A stretch of DNA of 40,756 nt from an uncultured Candidatus Saccharibacteria bacterium (GTDB taxonomy: Bacteria; Patescibacteriota; Minisyncoccia; JAHIHE01; JAGLIN01): contig CAYPQL010000002.1 in assembly GCA_964412905.1 (NCBI GenBank), positions 1-40,756 of the forward strand, given 5' to 3'. The notes beneath the pieces were generated by a model. The model did not search any database, was not told the DNA's origin, and saw nothing but the letters and a program-made list of their open reading frames with translations. Within the stretch, counting starts at the first letter, position 1; the number at the start of each line of letters is the position of its first letter. Below are positions 8,272 through 19,078 of the stretch, piece after piece. The position numbers were made by a program, and so were the translations under genes.

Positions 8272-8409
8272 ATGAGTTTAGCTAATGATTTGGGATGGTG
8301 GTGGTTTGAACTGCGCATTGATATCAAGTGGCACAGGAGATGGTACTTGATAATGGCGACGCTCATAGCGTGCGCTATTATTACGCTAACAATAGGCATA
8401 TCAAATTAA
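8272..8409 (+). CDS. candidate small membrane protein (45 aa)
   Basis: Below the ORF-track length cutoff. Strong SD (AAGGAGGTG) 6 nt upstream of the ATG. The product MSLANDLGWWWFELRIDIKWHRRWYLIMATLIACAIITLTIGISN has a Trp/Arg-rich head and one TM helix. Its 3' end overlaps the convergent metG stop by 9 nt. Confidence 0.45.
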   Translation: MSLANDLGWWWFELRIDIKWHRRWYLIMATLIACAIITLTIGISN

Positions 8410-10068
8410 GCGCGGGAACAAGCTCTCGCCTTTTTTTATTTTCGCGCCATGTTTCAATCCGCCCCATTTTTGCGCTTCGGTTAAAGTTTTAGATAATTCT
8501 ACAGCCCTTTCTTTTCCGTCCGCAAACAATTGCGTAAATATTTTATCCGAAGTTTCGGGCATAAACGGGCGAATCATCCATGCGATATGGCGCAAGCTTT
8601 CTAGCAAATTATAAATCACTTTCGCTTTATCTTCCCCTTCCATCTGCCACGGCTTATTTTTTTCAATATATTCATCGCAACTGCTCATAAATTTTCTTGT
8701 CATTTCCAAAGCCTCGTTTAGTTTGAAATTATTTAAGGACTTTTCATAATCCAGCCAAGCATTTTTAATTGTAGTCTCAAATTCTAAATTTCCAATTTCC
8801 AATTTCCAATTTCCAATTTCTATTTTCTCCGCCATCGCCAAAACCCTTGCCGTTAAATTCCCCAGCCCGTTCGCCAGATCTGCTTGATAGATTTCCTCAA
8901 ATCTTTCGTAGGAAAAATCGCCGTCTCCGCCGGAGGGAATTTCTTTGAGGAGAAAATATCGCAAAGCGTCAACGCTTTTATATTTATTAACAACTTCAAA
9001 CGGATCAACAACATTGCCGATGGACTTGCTCATTTTTTGCCCGCCGGAAGTTATAAATCCGTGGACGAATATTTTTTTAGAGAGAGGCAGTTTCGCCGAT
9101 AAAAGCATCGCCGGCCAAATTGCGGCGTGAAATCTCAAAATATCTTTTCCGATTAAATGGATGTCTGCTGGCCAGTATTTTTGGAAATTAACTTGATTAT
9201 CAGACTGTTTAGGAATTGTCATTTCGAGCCCTCGCGAGAAATCTGAATTTTTAGAAATATCTGCGATTTTAGATTTCTCGCTGATGCTCGAAATGACAGG
9301 ATTTTTATTTTTCGCATAGTCTGGATTATCTCCATAACCCAGCGCGGAAATATAATTTGTAAGGGCGTCGCACCAAACATACATTGTCTGAGTTTCGTCG
9401 TCTGGAACCGGCACGCCCCAATCTAAAACGGTTTTGGACCTTGAGAAACTAATGTCTTTCAAGCCGATTTTAACAACATTAAGTATCTCATTTTTTCTGG
9501 ACTCCGGAACAATTTTCAATTCGTCGGATTCTATGAGTTTTTGAATTTTGTCCGAATATTTAGAAAGCTTAAAAAAATAATTTTCTTCCTTGATTTTCTC
9601 TGGCGCTTTTTGATGATTTGGGCAATTGCCATTAATCAAATCTTTTTCAGTGATATATTCCTCGCAGCCAACGCAATAATATCCTTCATAATTTGATTTA
9701 TAAATATCTCCCGCTTCAACAAGCTTCTTCCAAATTTTTTGCGCCGCCGGCCAATGGCGGATTTGATCGGTAGTTCTGATAAAATCGTCATTGGAAACAT
9801 TAAGCCTGTCCAATAACTCTCTGAACTTTACCGAATTTTTATCTACAAAATCCTGCGGCGCCATTTTATTTTTCTCCGCGGTTTTTTTTATTTTTGTGCC
9901 GTTTTCATCTGTTCCCGACAAAAAGAAAACATCCTCGCCAAGCAACCTATGGAACCTCGCCAAAACATCCGCCTGCAAAATTTCCAAAGCATACCCAATA
10001 TGCGGCGCGGCATTGGCATACGCGATTGAAGTGGTTATGTAGAATTTTTTTTGTTTAGGGGTTGACAT
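8401..10068 (-). CDS. metG: methionine--tRNA ligase
   Basis: HIGH-type motif (AAPHIGYALE), KMSKS (GGQKMSKSIGN), a CxxC..CPNH knuckle, and WPADIHLIGKDILRFHAAIWPAML. Confidence 0.93.
   Translation of the reverse strand: MSTPKQKKFYITTSIAYANAAPHIGYALEILQADVLARFHRLLGEDVFFLSGTDENGTKIKKTAEKNKMAPQDFVDKNSVKFRELLDRLNVSNDDFIRTTDQIRHWPAAQKIWKKLVEAGDIYKSNYEGYYCVGCEEYITEKDLINGNCPNHQKAPEKIKEENYFFKLSKYSDKIQKLIESDELKIVPESRKNEILNVVKIGLKDISFSRSKTVLDWGVPVPDDETQTMYVWCDALTNYISALGYGDNPDYAKNKNPVISSISEKSKIADISKNSDFSRGLEMTIPKQSDNQVNFQKYWPADIHLIGKDILRFHAAIWPAMLLSAKLPLSKKIFVHGFITSGGQKMSKSIGNVVDPFEVVNKYKSVDALRYFLLKEIPSGGDGDFSYERFEEIYQADLANGLGNLTARVLAMAEKIEIGNWKLEIGNLEFETTIKNAWLDYEKSLNNFKLNEALEMTRKFMSSCDEYIEKNKPWQMEGEDKAKVIYNLLESLRHIAWMIRPFMPETSDKIFTQLFADGKERAVELSKTLTEAQKWGGLKHGAKIKKGESLFPRLI
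8791..8825. repeat. heptamer tandem array (TCCAATT x4 plus one variant) inside metG
   Basis: Direct read. Encodes EIGNWKLEIGNLE on the coding strand. Confidence 0.9.
9217..9298. repeat. palindromic MITE-like element, family A, inside the metG reading frame
   Basis: TGTCATTTCGAGC..GCGAGAAATCT..AGATTTCTCGC..GCTCGAAATGACA. It is translated in frame as PVISSISEKSKIADISKNSDFSRGLEMT, just upstream of the conserved YWPADIHLIGKD block. Confidence 0.85.
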
Positions 10069-10113
10069 AAAATAATTTGAGATATAAACTACAAATAATC
10101 GGGAGGGATTTTT

Positions 10114-10389
10114 ATGAAGAAAATAAGGAAAAAGCCAGAAATGGATCCGCTGGCTATAAAGATTTTAGAGATTTGCAGAGAATGTAAATCTTTAGCCACA
10201 ATTAGAAACGAGCTAAAGGCGACCTATAAAAATATTGGACCCGTAATAAATCAGTTAGAAGAAGATGGTTTAGTAGAATGCATTGAGGTGTCTGATGAAA
10301 AAAATAAAATAAAAAGAAGTGAATATTCTGTATACATTAAGAATACTTGCTATAAAACCACAAAAAAAGGGGTTGATAAAATAATTTAA
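10114..10389 (+). CDS. small winged-helix DNA-binding protein (MarR/ArsR-like fold)
   Basis: SD GGGAGGG lies 5-6 nt upstream of the ATG. The pattern LAIKILEI...SLATIRNEL....IGPVINQLEEDGLVE is typical of a wHTH recognition helix plus wing. Confidence 0.7.
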   Translation: MKKIRKKPEMDPLAIKILEICRECKSLATIRNELKATYKNIGPVINQLEEDGLVECIEVSDEKNKIKRSEYSVYIKNTCYKTTKKGVDKII

Positions 10390-11051
10390 TGAACAACAAC
10401 AACAAACTCTCCCTTGACTTGGTCAGGGATTATTTTTTTTGCCACATCTTCCGGTTTTCCCCTGTAAATCGTTTCATAGATTTTTGTAAGTTCCCGGCAA
10501 ATGGCTATTTCACGATCGGGGAGATATTTTTGCAAACTGTCCAAGGTTTTCATAATCCTGTGGCAAGATTCGTAAAAAACGGCGGTTCTTTTTTCTTTGG
10601 ATAAATTTTCAAAGAAAGTCTGCCTTCCTTTTTTGTGCGGGACAAATCCGAGGAAAATAAAATTGTCCGTTGGAAATCCGGAAACGCTGAGCGCGGAAAT
10701 GACCGCGGAAGCGCCGGGAATAGGGATTATTTTTACATCAACATTATTATCAACCAAATGCCTAATCAGCAAATTTCCCGGATCGGAAATTCCGGGAGTG
10801 CCGGCGTCGCTCACCAGCGCCAAATTTTTTCCTTCGTTTATCAAACCAATTATTCTATTAATCTTATCCAGCTTGCTGTGCTGATGATAGCTCATCATCG
10901 GCGTTTGAATTTCATACCTGTTTAATAATTTTTTTGTCTGCCTTGTATCCTCGCACAAAATCAAATCCGCCTCTCTTAAAACCCTCAATGCTCTGAGGGT
11001 TATGTCTTCCAGATTTCCGATCGGCGTGGCGATGATGTATAAGTTTGGCAT
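10386..11051 (-). CDS. rsmI: 16S rRNA (cytidine1402-2'-O)-methyltransferase
   Basis: N-terminal LYIIATPIGNLEDITLRALRVLREADLILCEDTR and SDAGTPGISDPG. Confidence 0.9.
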   Translation of the reverse strand: MPNLYIIATPIGNLEDITLRALRVLREADLILCEDTRQTKKLLNRYEIQTPMMSYHQHSKLDKINRIIGLINEGKNLALVSDAGTPGISDPGNLLIRHLVDNNVDVKIIPIPGASAVISALSVSGFPTDNFIFLGFVPHKKGRQTFFENLSKEKRTAVFYESCHRIMKTLDSLQKYLPDREIAICRELTKIYETIYRGKPEDVAKKIIPDQVKGEFVVVVH

Positions 11052-11079
11052 AAATTAGAAATTGGAAATTAGAGATTGG
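11052..11079. repeat. heptamer array (AAATTAG/AAATTGG x4) abutting the rsmI start codon
   Basis: Direct read. It is followed by CAACTACT x2 (11081-11096). Confidence 0.85.
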
Positions 11080-11121
11080 GCAACTACTCAACTACTCTAA
11101 AAAACATTTATCCTAAAAATC

Positions 11122-11207
11122 TGTCATTTCGAACGCCTCGTGAGAAATCTAAGCGTTATAGAAATATCTAAAGTTTATAGATTTCTCGCTAATCGCTCGA
11201 AATGACA
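11122..11207. repeat. palindromic MITE-like element, family A
   Basis: TGTCATTTCGAAC..GTGAGAAATCT..AGATTTCTCGC..GCTCGAAATGACA. Intergenic. Confidence 0.85.
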
Positions 11208-11240
11208 AAAAAGGCGAGTAGTTGCGAAATCGGTAATGTT

Positions 11241-12305
11241 TTATTGTGTTCTTTCACTATCTTTCTCCTTGTGACTGTAAAAATCCCCCAGAACAATTGA
11301 AGCAATCGTGGTGACCGGAATGGCCAGGATAATTCCCATAATCCCGGCGAATTGTCCGCCGATTAGCATAGCGATTATAATTATAACGGGATGAAGGCCG
11401 ACCGATTTTTCCATAACCTTGGGAACAATCAAATAATTTTCAAATTGCTGGATGAAAAAATATAAAATCAAAGTGGCGGCGGCAAGAAAAGGAGAAATTG
11501 TAAAAGCGATGGCAATAGCTGGTATTGCGGACAAGGCTGGACCTATATATGGAATTAATTCCAGAACACCAGCGATTATTCCTAAAACTAGAGCATAAGG
11601 AACGCCAATTATAGACAATCCTATAAATGTCACAAAGCCAATAATAAAACCCAAAAACATTTGTCCCATAAACCATTTTCCAAGCTTAACTTCAATTTTT
11701 TTTATAATCCCAAGAGCTTGATTTCTATATTCAACGGGAACTAATGCTTGAACAAATTTTTCAACTCCATTTTCTTCAACAACAAGATAGAAAGATATAA
11801 CAAGAATAAGCACTGCGGAAAGAAGGCCTCCCAAAAATCCCAAAACACCAACGAGAATATTGGAAGTTACATTTTTTAGAGATGTGCTTGCTTCAAGCAG
11901 GACATTTTGCAAAGGTTCTGAAATATTATAATTAAATGAACCATCGGTAATTAAATTTTGGTCAGATATTGCAGTGAAATCAATTCCGGTATTTTTCATA
12001 TATGTCGGGAAATGGGAAGCCAAAGCGCCGAGTTCTTTGGCAAGGGGAGGCGCTACTAGATAACTAAGCAATCCGAAAAAAAGGAACGCCGCCATAAACA
12101 AACTCGCCGCTCCCGCGACTCTAGGAATTTTTTTCTTTTGCATCTTGTCAACAGCCGGATTCATAATTAAAGCGAGAATTATTGATATAAAAATTATAAA
12201 TATTATGCCTTTCAAATAGACAATTGCGAACAAAGCAAAAATGACTATAAAGAATTTTATAATGCTTTCATACGACAGATCCACGGTTTGTTTTTGATTT
12301 TCCAT
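11241..12305 (-). CDS. AI-2E family transporter (PerM-like permease)
   Basis: Multi-TM protein with the family-typical FIQQFENYLIVPKVM segment. Confidence 0.85.
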   Translation of the reverse strand: MENQKQTVDLSYESIIKFFIVIFALFAIVYLKGIIFIIFISIILALIMNPAVDKMQKKKIPRVAGAASLFMAAFLFFGLLSYLVAPPLAKELGALASHFPTYMKNTGIDFTAISDQNLITDGSFNYNISEPLQNVLLEASTSLKNVTSNILVGVLGFLGGLLSAVLILVISFYLVVEENGVEKFVQALVPVEYRNQALGIIKKIEVKLGKWFMGQMFLGFIIGFVTFIGLSIIGVPYALVLGIIAGVLELIPYIGPALSAIPAIAIAFTISPFLAAATLILYFFIQQFENYLIVPKVMEKSVGLHPVIIIIAMLIGGQFAGIMGIILAIPVTTIASIVLGDFYSHKEKDSERTQ

Positions 12306-12321
12306 AATAATATTTTAGATG

Positions 12322-13584
12322 TTAAAATTTCAAAATCTTCTCAAATATTTTTTTGTTTTTAAACGGGCCGATGATTGCCAGATTCAGCTTGTTATTGACA
12401 AAAATGTCTCGCGCCACTCTTTGGATGTCTTCGCCTGTGACTCTGTCTATTCTAGCAAACTTTTCTTCCAAGGTCAAAATCTTTCCGCTTCCCAATTCTT
12501 GCCCCGCGATAAAATTCGCTACGGAGCTTGACGATTCCATAGATATCACAGTCTGCCCTTTCAGATAATCTTTAGCCCTTTGTATCTCTTCGGCGCTTGC
12601 TTTTTCCCGCTTTATTTTTTTATATTCATCCATAATAAGTTTGATGGCTTCAAGGCACTTTTCATTATTCACGCCGGTCTGCGCCGCCAAATATCCGACA
12701 TCTTTATAATTTTCAGGCGAGGTATAAATATAATAAGCCAGCCCTTTTTCCACGACGGACATATAAAGGCGGGAGCTCATATTTCCTCCGAGCATAATGC
12801 TCAAAATATCCAGCGCGTAAATATCTTTGTGGTTTATGCCATAACCTCGCGCCCCCAGGCATAAATGCGTCTGATCCGTTTTTTTGTATTTCAGAAAAAC
12901 ATTCGGGTTTTTCTGCTTGTCATAAGCTTTGATTTGTTTTTTGGATTTATTTTTGTTTGCCGAATTGAAATAGCGGCCTATTTTATTCTTTACTATTTTC
13001 TCGTCAAAATTTCCCGCGACTGCGACAATGACATTATCGCCTGTGTAATATTTCTTGTAATAATCCAAAAAATCTTTTCTTTGGACGGAGCGCATAGTTT
13101 CTTTGGTTCCGCCGATGTCCCATCCCATAGGGCAATTCGGATATAAGGCTTCTTCGAAAAGAAACGGAATTCTCATCAGCGGATTATCAAGAAACATATT
13201 CAGCTCTTCAATCACCGTTCCTCTTTCCGCTTCAATGTCTTCCGCGGTAAATTTTGAATTCAAAAGCATATCGGAAATGACATCCAACGCCAAATCGCAA
13301 TGCTTGCTGTCGACTTTCGCCCAGAATCCGGTATGTTCTTTTCCCGTGAAAGCGTTGTACGATCCTCCGACGCTGTCCAGCTCTTTGGCGATATCAAGCT
13401 TGGTCGGCCGTTTCGCGGTTCCTTTGAAAAACATATGCTCCAGAAAATGCGAGATCCCTCTGTTCTTTTTGTTCTCGTTTTTTGAGCCGGTTCCGATAAC
13501 GACTAAAACAGTAACGGTTTTTGTTGATTTCATCGGCGCCAAAATAACCCTTACGCCATTAGCCAGTTTTGATTTTTTATACAT
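12322..13584 (-). CDS. M16-family (pitrilysin/insulinase-like) zinc peptidase
   Basis: Inverted zinc motif HxxEH in GISHFLEHMFFKGT, with E..E further downstream (ERGTVIEE). Confidence 0.9.
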   Translation of the reverse strand: MYKKSKLANGVRVILAPMKSTKTVTVLVVIGTGSKNENKKNRGISHFLEHMFFKGTAKRPTKLDIAKELDSVGGSYNAFTGKEHTGFWAKVDSKHCDLALDVISDMLLNSKFTAEDIEAERGTVIEELNMFLDNPLMRIPFLFEEALYPNCPMGWDIGGTKETMRSVQRKDFLDYYKKYYTGDNVIVAVAGNFDEKIVKNKIGRYFNSANKNKSKKQIKAYDKQKNPNVFLKYKKTDQTHLCLGARGYGINHKDIYALDILSIMLGGNMSSRLYMSVVEKGLAYYIYTSPENYKDVGYLAAQTGVNNEKCLEAIKLIMDEYKKIKREKASAEEIQRAKDYLKGQTVISMESSSSVANFIAGQELGSGKILTLEEKFARIDRVTGEDIQRVARDIFVNNKLNLAIIGPFKNKKIFEKILKF

Positions 13585-13594
13585 TCCAATTTTT

Positions 13595-13993
13595 TTAATT
13601 ATTTAATCCGGCGGTTCCCTTATTATTTCCATTATACACAAAAACGCGACAAAGCAACAGATAAAAAATTAAATCTCTTTTGTTGAAGAGATTTATTATT
13701 ATTTCTTGATTATAATTTATTTCAGCCAATAATAATGTTTGATCATTATCATTAGCTTTTTGAAGAAACTTTTTATATAAGCCTATCTCATATAAAGAAA
13801 TCAAAATTTTCCAAAAAGTTTTTAGATAAATTATTTCGTTGTCCATATTTTGTTGCTTTTCTATTTCTCCAATAAATTTTTCTGAATTTGATTTTATCTT
13901 TTCTTTTTTCTCCTCTCTTTTTTTCTTCTCTATCTCTTTCTTTGCTTCTTCTAGCTTTATGTTATCGCGATGTTTGCGAATTAACAAACTCAT
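13595..13993 (-). CDS. hypothetical protein (132 aa)
   Basis: Strong SD (AAGGAGGAG) upstream of the ATG. The N-terminus is K/E-rich. No family recognised. Confidence 0.65.
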   Translation of the reverse strand: MSLLIRKHRDNIKLEEAKKEIEKKKREEKKEKIKSNSEKFIGEIEKQQNMDNEIIYLKTFWKILISLYEIGLYKKFLQKANDNDQTLLLAEINYNQEIIINLFNKRDLIFYLLLCRVFVYNGNNKGTAGLNN

Positions 13994-14037
13994 CTTTTCT
14001 CCTCCTTTTTAATTAGTTCTCGTTGAAATAATTTATT

Positions 14038-14122
14038 TGTCATTTCGAGCATGTCGCGAGAAATCTATAATCTTTAGATATTTCTACATGCTCAGATTTC
14101 TCACGATGCGTTCGAAATGACA
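14038..14122. repeat. palindromic MITE-like element, family A
   Basis: TGTCATTTCGAGC..GCGAGAAATCT..AGATTTCTCAC..GTTCGAAATGACA. Intergenic. Confidence 0.85.
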
Positions 14123-14360
14123 GGACGATAGGACTATTTTAACAAGAGCTAATCAAAATCCAAAAGGCCGGAAACTAGCAGTTTCTAAATGATACGAACT
14201 ACAGACTTTGCTGCTATTATTTTTACATAATAGCGAGGAGAGAGTTTTGCAAAACATATAGCCCGATTAGAATACCGCTAATTATCCGACCTTTTGGATG
14301 CAATGTATAACGGCTAATTGTATCAACATTATAGATGTTTTTTACGGTTTGTCAATAATA

Positions 14361-16588
<2,228 letters not shown>

Positions 16589-16597
16589 GGATTAGTT

Positions 16598-16638
16598 AAA
16601 AGTTTATAAAGTTATAAAGTTATAAAGTTCATAAAGTA
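16598..16638. repeat. 8-mer tandem array (ATAAAGTT-type) directly after the gyrB stop
   Basis: Direct read. It uses the same unit family as the arrays upstream of gyrB. Confidence 0.85.
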
Positions 16639-16678
16639 TTTAGTATCAGGTATTAAGCATAAACTTCCTCGCAAAAAC

Positions 16679-16706
16679 CCCGGATGAAATTTATCCGGGA
16701 TTTTTG
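16679..16706 (+). terminator. intrinsic terminator
   Basis: Stem CCCGGAT / ATCCGGG with a 7-nt loop, followed by ATTTTTG. Confidence 0.7.
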
Positions 16707-16979
16707 AAATGAATTTTTGCATTAAGGCTCCACAGGGCTGATGCCACAATGGAGCCAGCAGCAATGTTTATATGAATTATTGCGGTTTCATAATTTAAGA
16801 AAATGTGCTATATTATAAACAGCGCTATAAAAATATAGGCAAGACCAAAGAAAGAATCATACTGGCGGCAATTAGGCTGATGGCCGCGAATTTGATCGCA
16901 TTTTTTATTTTTTTTGTTTTCATATTGTTATCATTTCCCTTTATATTTTCTTTAATTCAATTCTATCACGATTTAAAAA

Positions 16980-18011
16980 ATGGTCAACATATCCATCAAA
17001 CAAATCACGGACAAATCGCAGTGGGAAAGTTTTGTGATGGCAAATGAGAATACTTTTTTGCAGTCTTGGAATTGGGGGGAGTTTAACAAAAATACGGGAG
17101 AGAGGATTTGGAGGGCGGGGATTTTTGAAGATGATAATTTAAGGGCGGTGGCGCTGGTTATAAAAGTGAAGGCGAGGAGGGGATCGTTTTTGTTTGTGCC
17201 GCAGGGAATGATTATGAATAAAGAATTAGAAATTATGAATCATGAATTATGGAATTTGTTTTTTGAATATTTGAAAAATCTTGGAGAGGAAGAAGAGGTT
17301 GGTTTTGTGAGGATAAGTCCGCTGCTGGATAATACCAAGGAAAATTTGGAGGTTTTTAAATCTTACGGTTTTAGAAGCGCGCCGATTCATATGATGCATC
17401 CGGAGGTGACTTGGGTTTTGGATATTACGAAATCAGAAGATGAGATTATGAAAGAGATGAGAAAGACACATCGCAATTTAATCAGGCGCGCCGAAAAGGA
17501 GGGAGTGGAAATAATCAAAAGCGCGGACGAAAAATATCTGAAAGCGTTTTATTCCATTCACGAGGAAACCGTCCGCCGCCACAAATTTGTGCCGTTTTCT
17601 TATGAATATATCAAAAGCGAAATTGACGCTTTTAAAGGCGATAATCAAATAGAAATATTTTCCGCGAAATACAAGGGCAAAATAATCTCATCGGCGATAA
17701 TCGTTTTTTACGGCGATCAAGCTTTTTATCATCACGGCGCGTCGTCCAGCGAATACGGCAAAATTCCGTCATCATATCTAAACCTTTGGGAAGCTATCAA
17801 AGAAGCGAAAAAACGAGGGAGTAAAACATTCAATTTCTATGGCATTGTGGAAAACAAACCCAATCATCCGTGGAACGGCTTGTCTAAATTCAAAATGGGT
17901 TTTGGCGGATATAAAAAAGAGCTGTTGCATTGCCAAGATTTGCCGCTCTCCGAAAAATATATAATCACTTGGCTTATTGAAATGTTGAGGAAAATTAAGA
18001 GAGGATACTAA
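16980..18011 (+). CDS. FemAB-family peptidoglycan bridge-forming aminoacyltransferase
   Basis: N-terminal FLQSWNWGEF, and C-terminal YHHGASS...YLNLWEAIKEAKKRG...FNFYG, typical of FemX/MurM-type enzymes. A heptamer-like repeat at 17223-17257 encodes ELEIMNHELWN. Confidence 0.8.
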   Translation: MVNISIKQITDKSQWESFVMANENTFLQSWNWGEFNKNTGERIWRAGIFEDDNLRAVALVIKVKARRGSFLFVPQGMIMNKELEIMNHELWNLFFEYLKNLGEEEEVGFVRISPLLDNTKENLEVFKSYGFRSAPIHMMHPEVTWVLDITKSEDEIMKEMRKTHRNLIRRAEKEGVEIIKSADEKYLKAFYSIHEETVRRHKFVPFSYEYIKSEIDAFKGDNQIEIFSAKYKGKIISSAIIVFYGDQAFYHHGASSSEYGKIPSSYLNLWEAIKEAKKRGSKTFNFYGIVENKPNHPWNGLSKFKMGFGGYKKELLHCQDLPLSEKYIITWLIEMLRKIKRGY

Positions 18012-18059
18012 GATTCATATAAACATTTTAACAATACAGCAATTTAGCAATTTAATAAA

Positions 18060-18836
18060 ATGCCAAAATATAAAATAAATCTGAAATCAAAATCGGAGAT
18101 AGCGATTATGCGGGAAGGGGGAAAAATTCTGGCGGATATTTTGAATTTGCTCGCGCAAAAAGCAGCTCCGGGAATTTCGGGAGACGAGCTTAATGAATTG
18201 GCGGAGAGAGAAATAAAAAAACATAACGCGATCCCTTCGTTTTTAAATTATAAAATATATAAAGACGGCATTCCGTTTCCGGCGTCTATTTGTTTTTCCG
18301 TCAATGATGAAATTGTCCACGGATTTCCATTTGGGAAAATATTGAAAGAAGGGGACATCGCTGGCCTTGATTTGGGAATCAAACATAATGGGCTTCATAC
18401 CGATAGCGCGATTACGGTTGGAGCGGGAAAAATAAATGATAAAACCGCCAAGCTTGTTAAAGTCGCGCGCGAGTCATTGTACAAAGGAATTGAGCAGGTA
18501 AAGGTCGGAAACAGATTAGGGGATATAGGTTTTGCGATTCAAAGTTATGTTGAAAAAAATGGGTTCTCGGTGGTCAGGGATTTGGTCGGCCATGGAGTCG
18601 GGAGATCAATTCACGAAGCTCCCGAAGTTCCTAATTTCGGGAAAAGCGGCGAGGGCTTGAAACTGTGCGCGGGAATGACTTTTGCGATAGAGCCGATGAT
18701 AAATGAGGGCAATTATCGCATAAAGTGCGACAAAGATCAATGGACAATCAGAACTCAAGATGGAAAGTTGTCGGCGCATTTTGAACATACGGTCGCGGTG
18801 ACGAATAACGGATGCGAGATTTTGACGGAATATTAA
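18060..18836 (+). CDS. map: type I methionine aminopeptidase
   Basis: Metal-ligand context: DIAGLDLG, GHGVGRSIHE, FAIEPM, FEHTVAVT. Confidence 0.93.
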   Translation: MPKYKINLKSKSEIAIMREGGKILADILNLLAQKAAPGISGDELNELAEREIKKHNAIPSFLNYKIYKDGIPFPASICFSVNDEIVHGFPFGKILKEGDIAGLDLGIKHNGLHTDSAITVGAGKINDKTAKLVKVARESLYKGIEQVKVGNRLGDIGFAIQSYVEKNGFSVVRDLVGHGVGRSIHEAPEVPNFGKSGEGLKLCAGMTFAIEPMINEGNYRIKCDKDQWTIRTQDGKLSAHFEHTVAVTNNGCEILTEY

Positions 18837-18859
18837 GATATTGGATATTAGGATATTAA
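18837..18859. repeat. 7-8-mer array (GATATTGG-type) directly after the map stop
   Basis: Direct read. The same unit family recurs at 33937-33961, and in the complementary orientation at 34171-34210. Confidence 0.8.
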
Positions 18860-18889
18860 TTATTTTGAATTATAAAATATCTTAAAAAC

Positions 18890-18995
18890 TGTCATTCTGA
18901 ATTTATTTCAGAATCTATTACATGCTACATCTAGCCCAAAATAAGCAAATATAACTTTAGCAGTAAGAAGATCCTGAAACAAGTTCAGGATGACA
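18890..18995. repeat. palindromic MITE-like element, family B
   Basis: TGTCATTCTGAATTTATTTCAGAATC ... GATCCTGAAACAAGTTCAGGATGACA. Second copy of the element at 3483-3592. Confidence 0.8.
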
Positions 18996-19078
18996 GAGTT
19001 ATTTTTTGATTCAAAGAAAAAATAATTTGCTTCAATTGAAAAAATATGTTAATTTAAACTTATGGTAAGCTTAAATTT

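Noticed and set aside
8208-8399. 63-codon minus-strand ORF between tatD and metG
   Set aside because: It has no SD and an odd composition (an HHHH run). The opposite strand carries a better-supported SD-led small ORF (8272-8409).
16805-17047. 80-codon hydrophobic ORF upstream of, and overlapping, the FemAB-type gene; also a 32-codon minus-strand ORF (16923-16825) over the same DNA
   Set aside because: Both are short, lack a convincing SD and are mutually exclusive. There is not enough evidence to call either.
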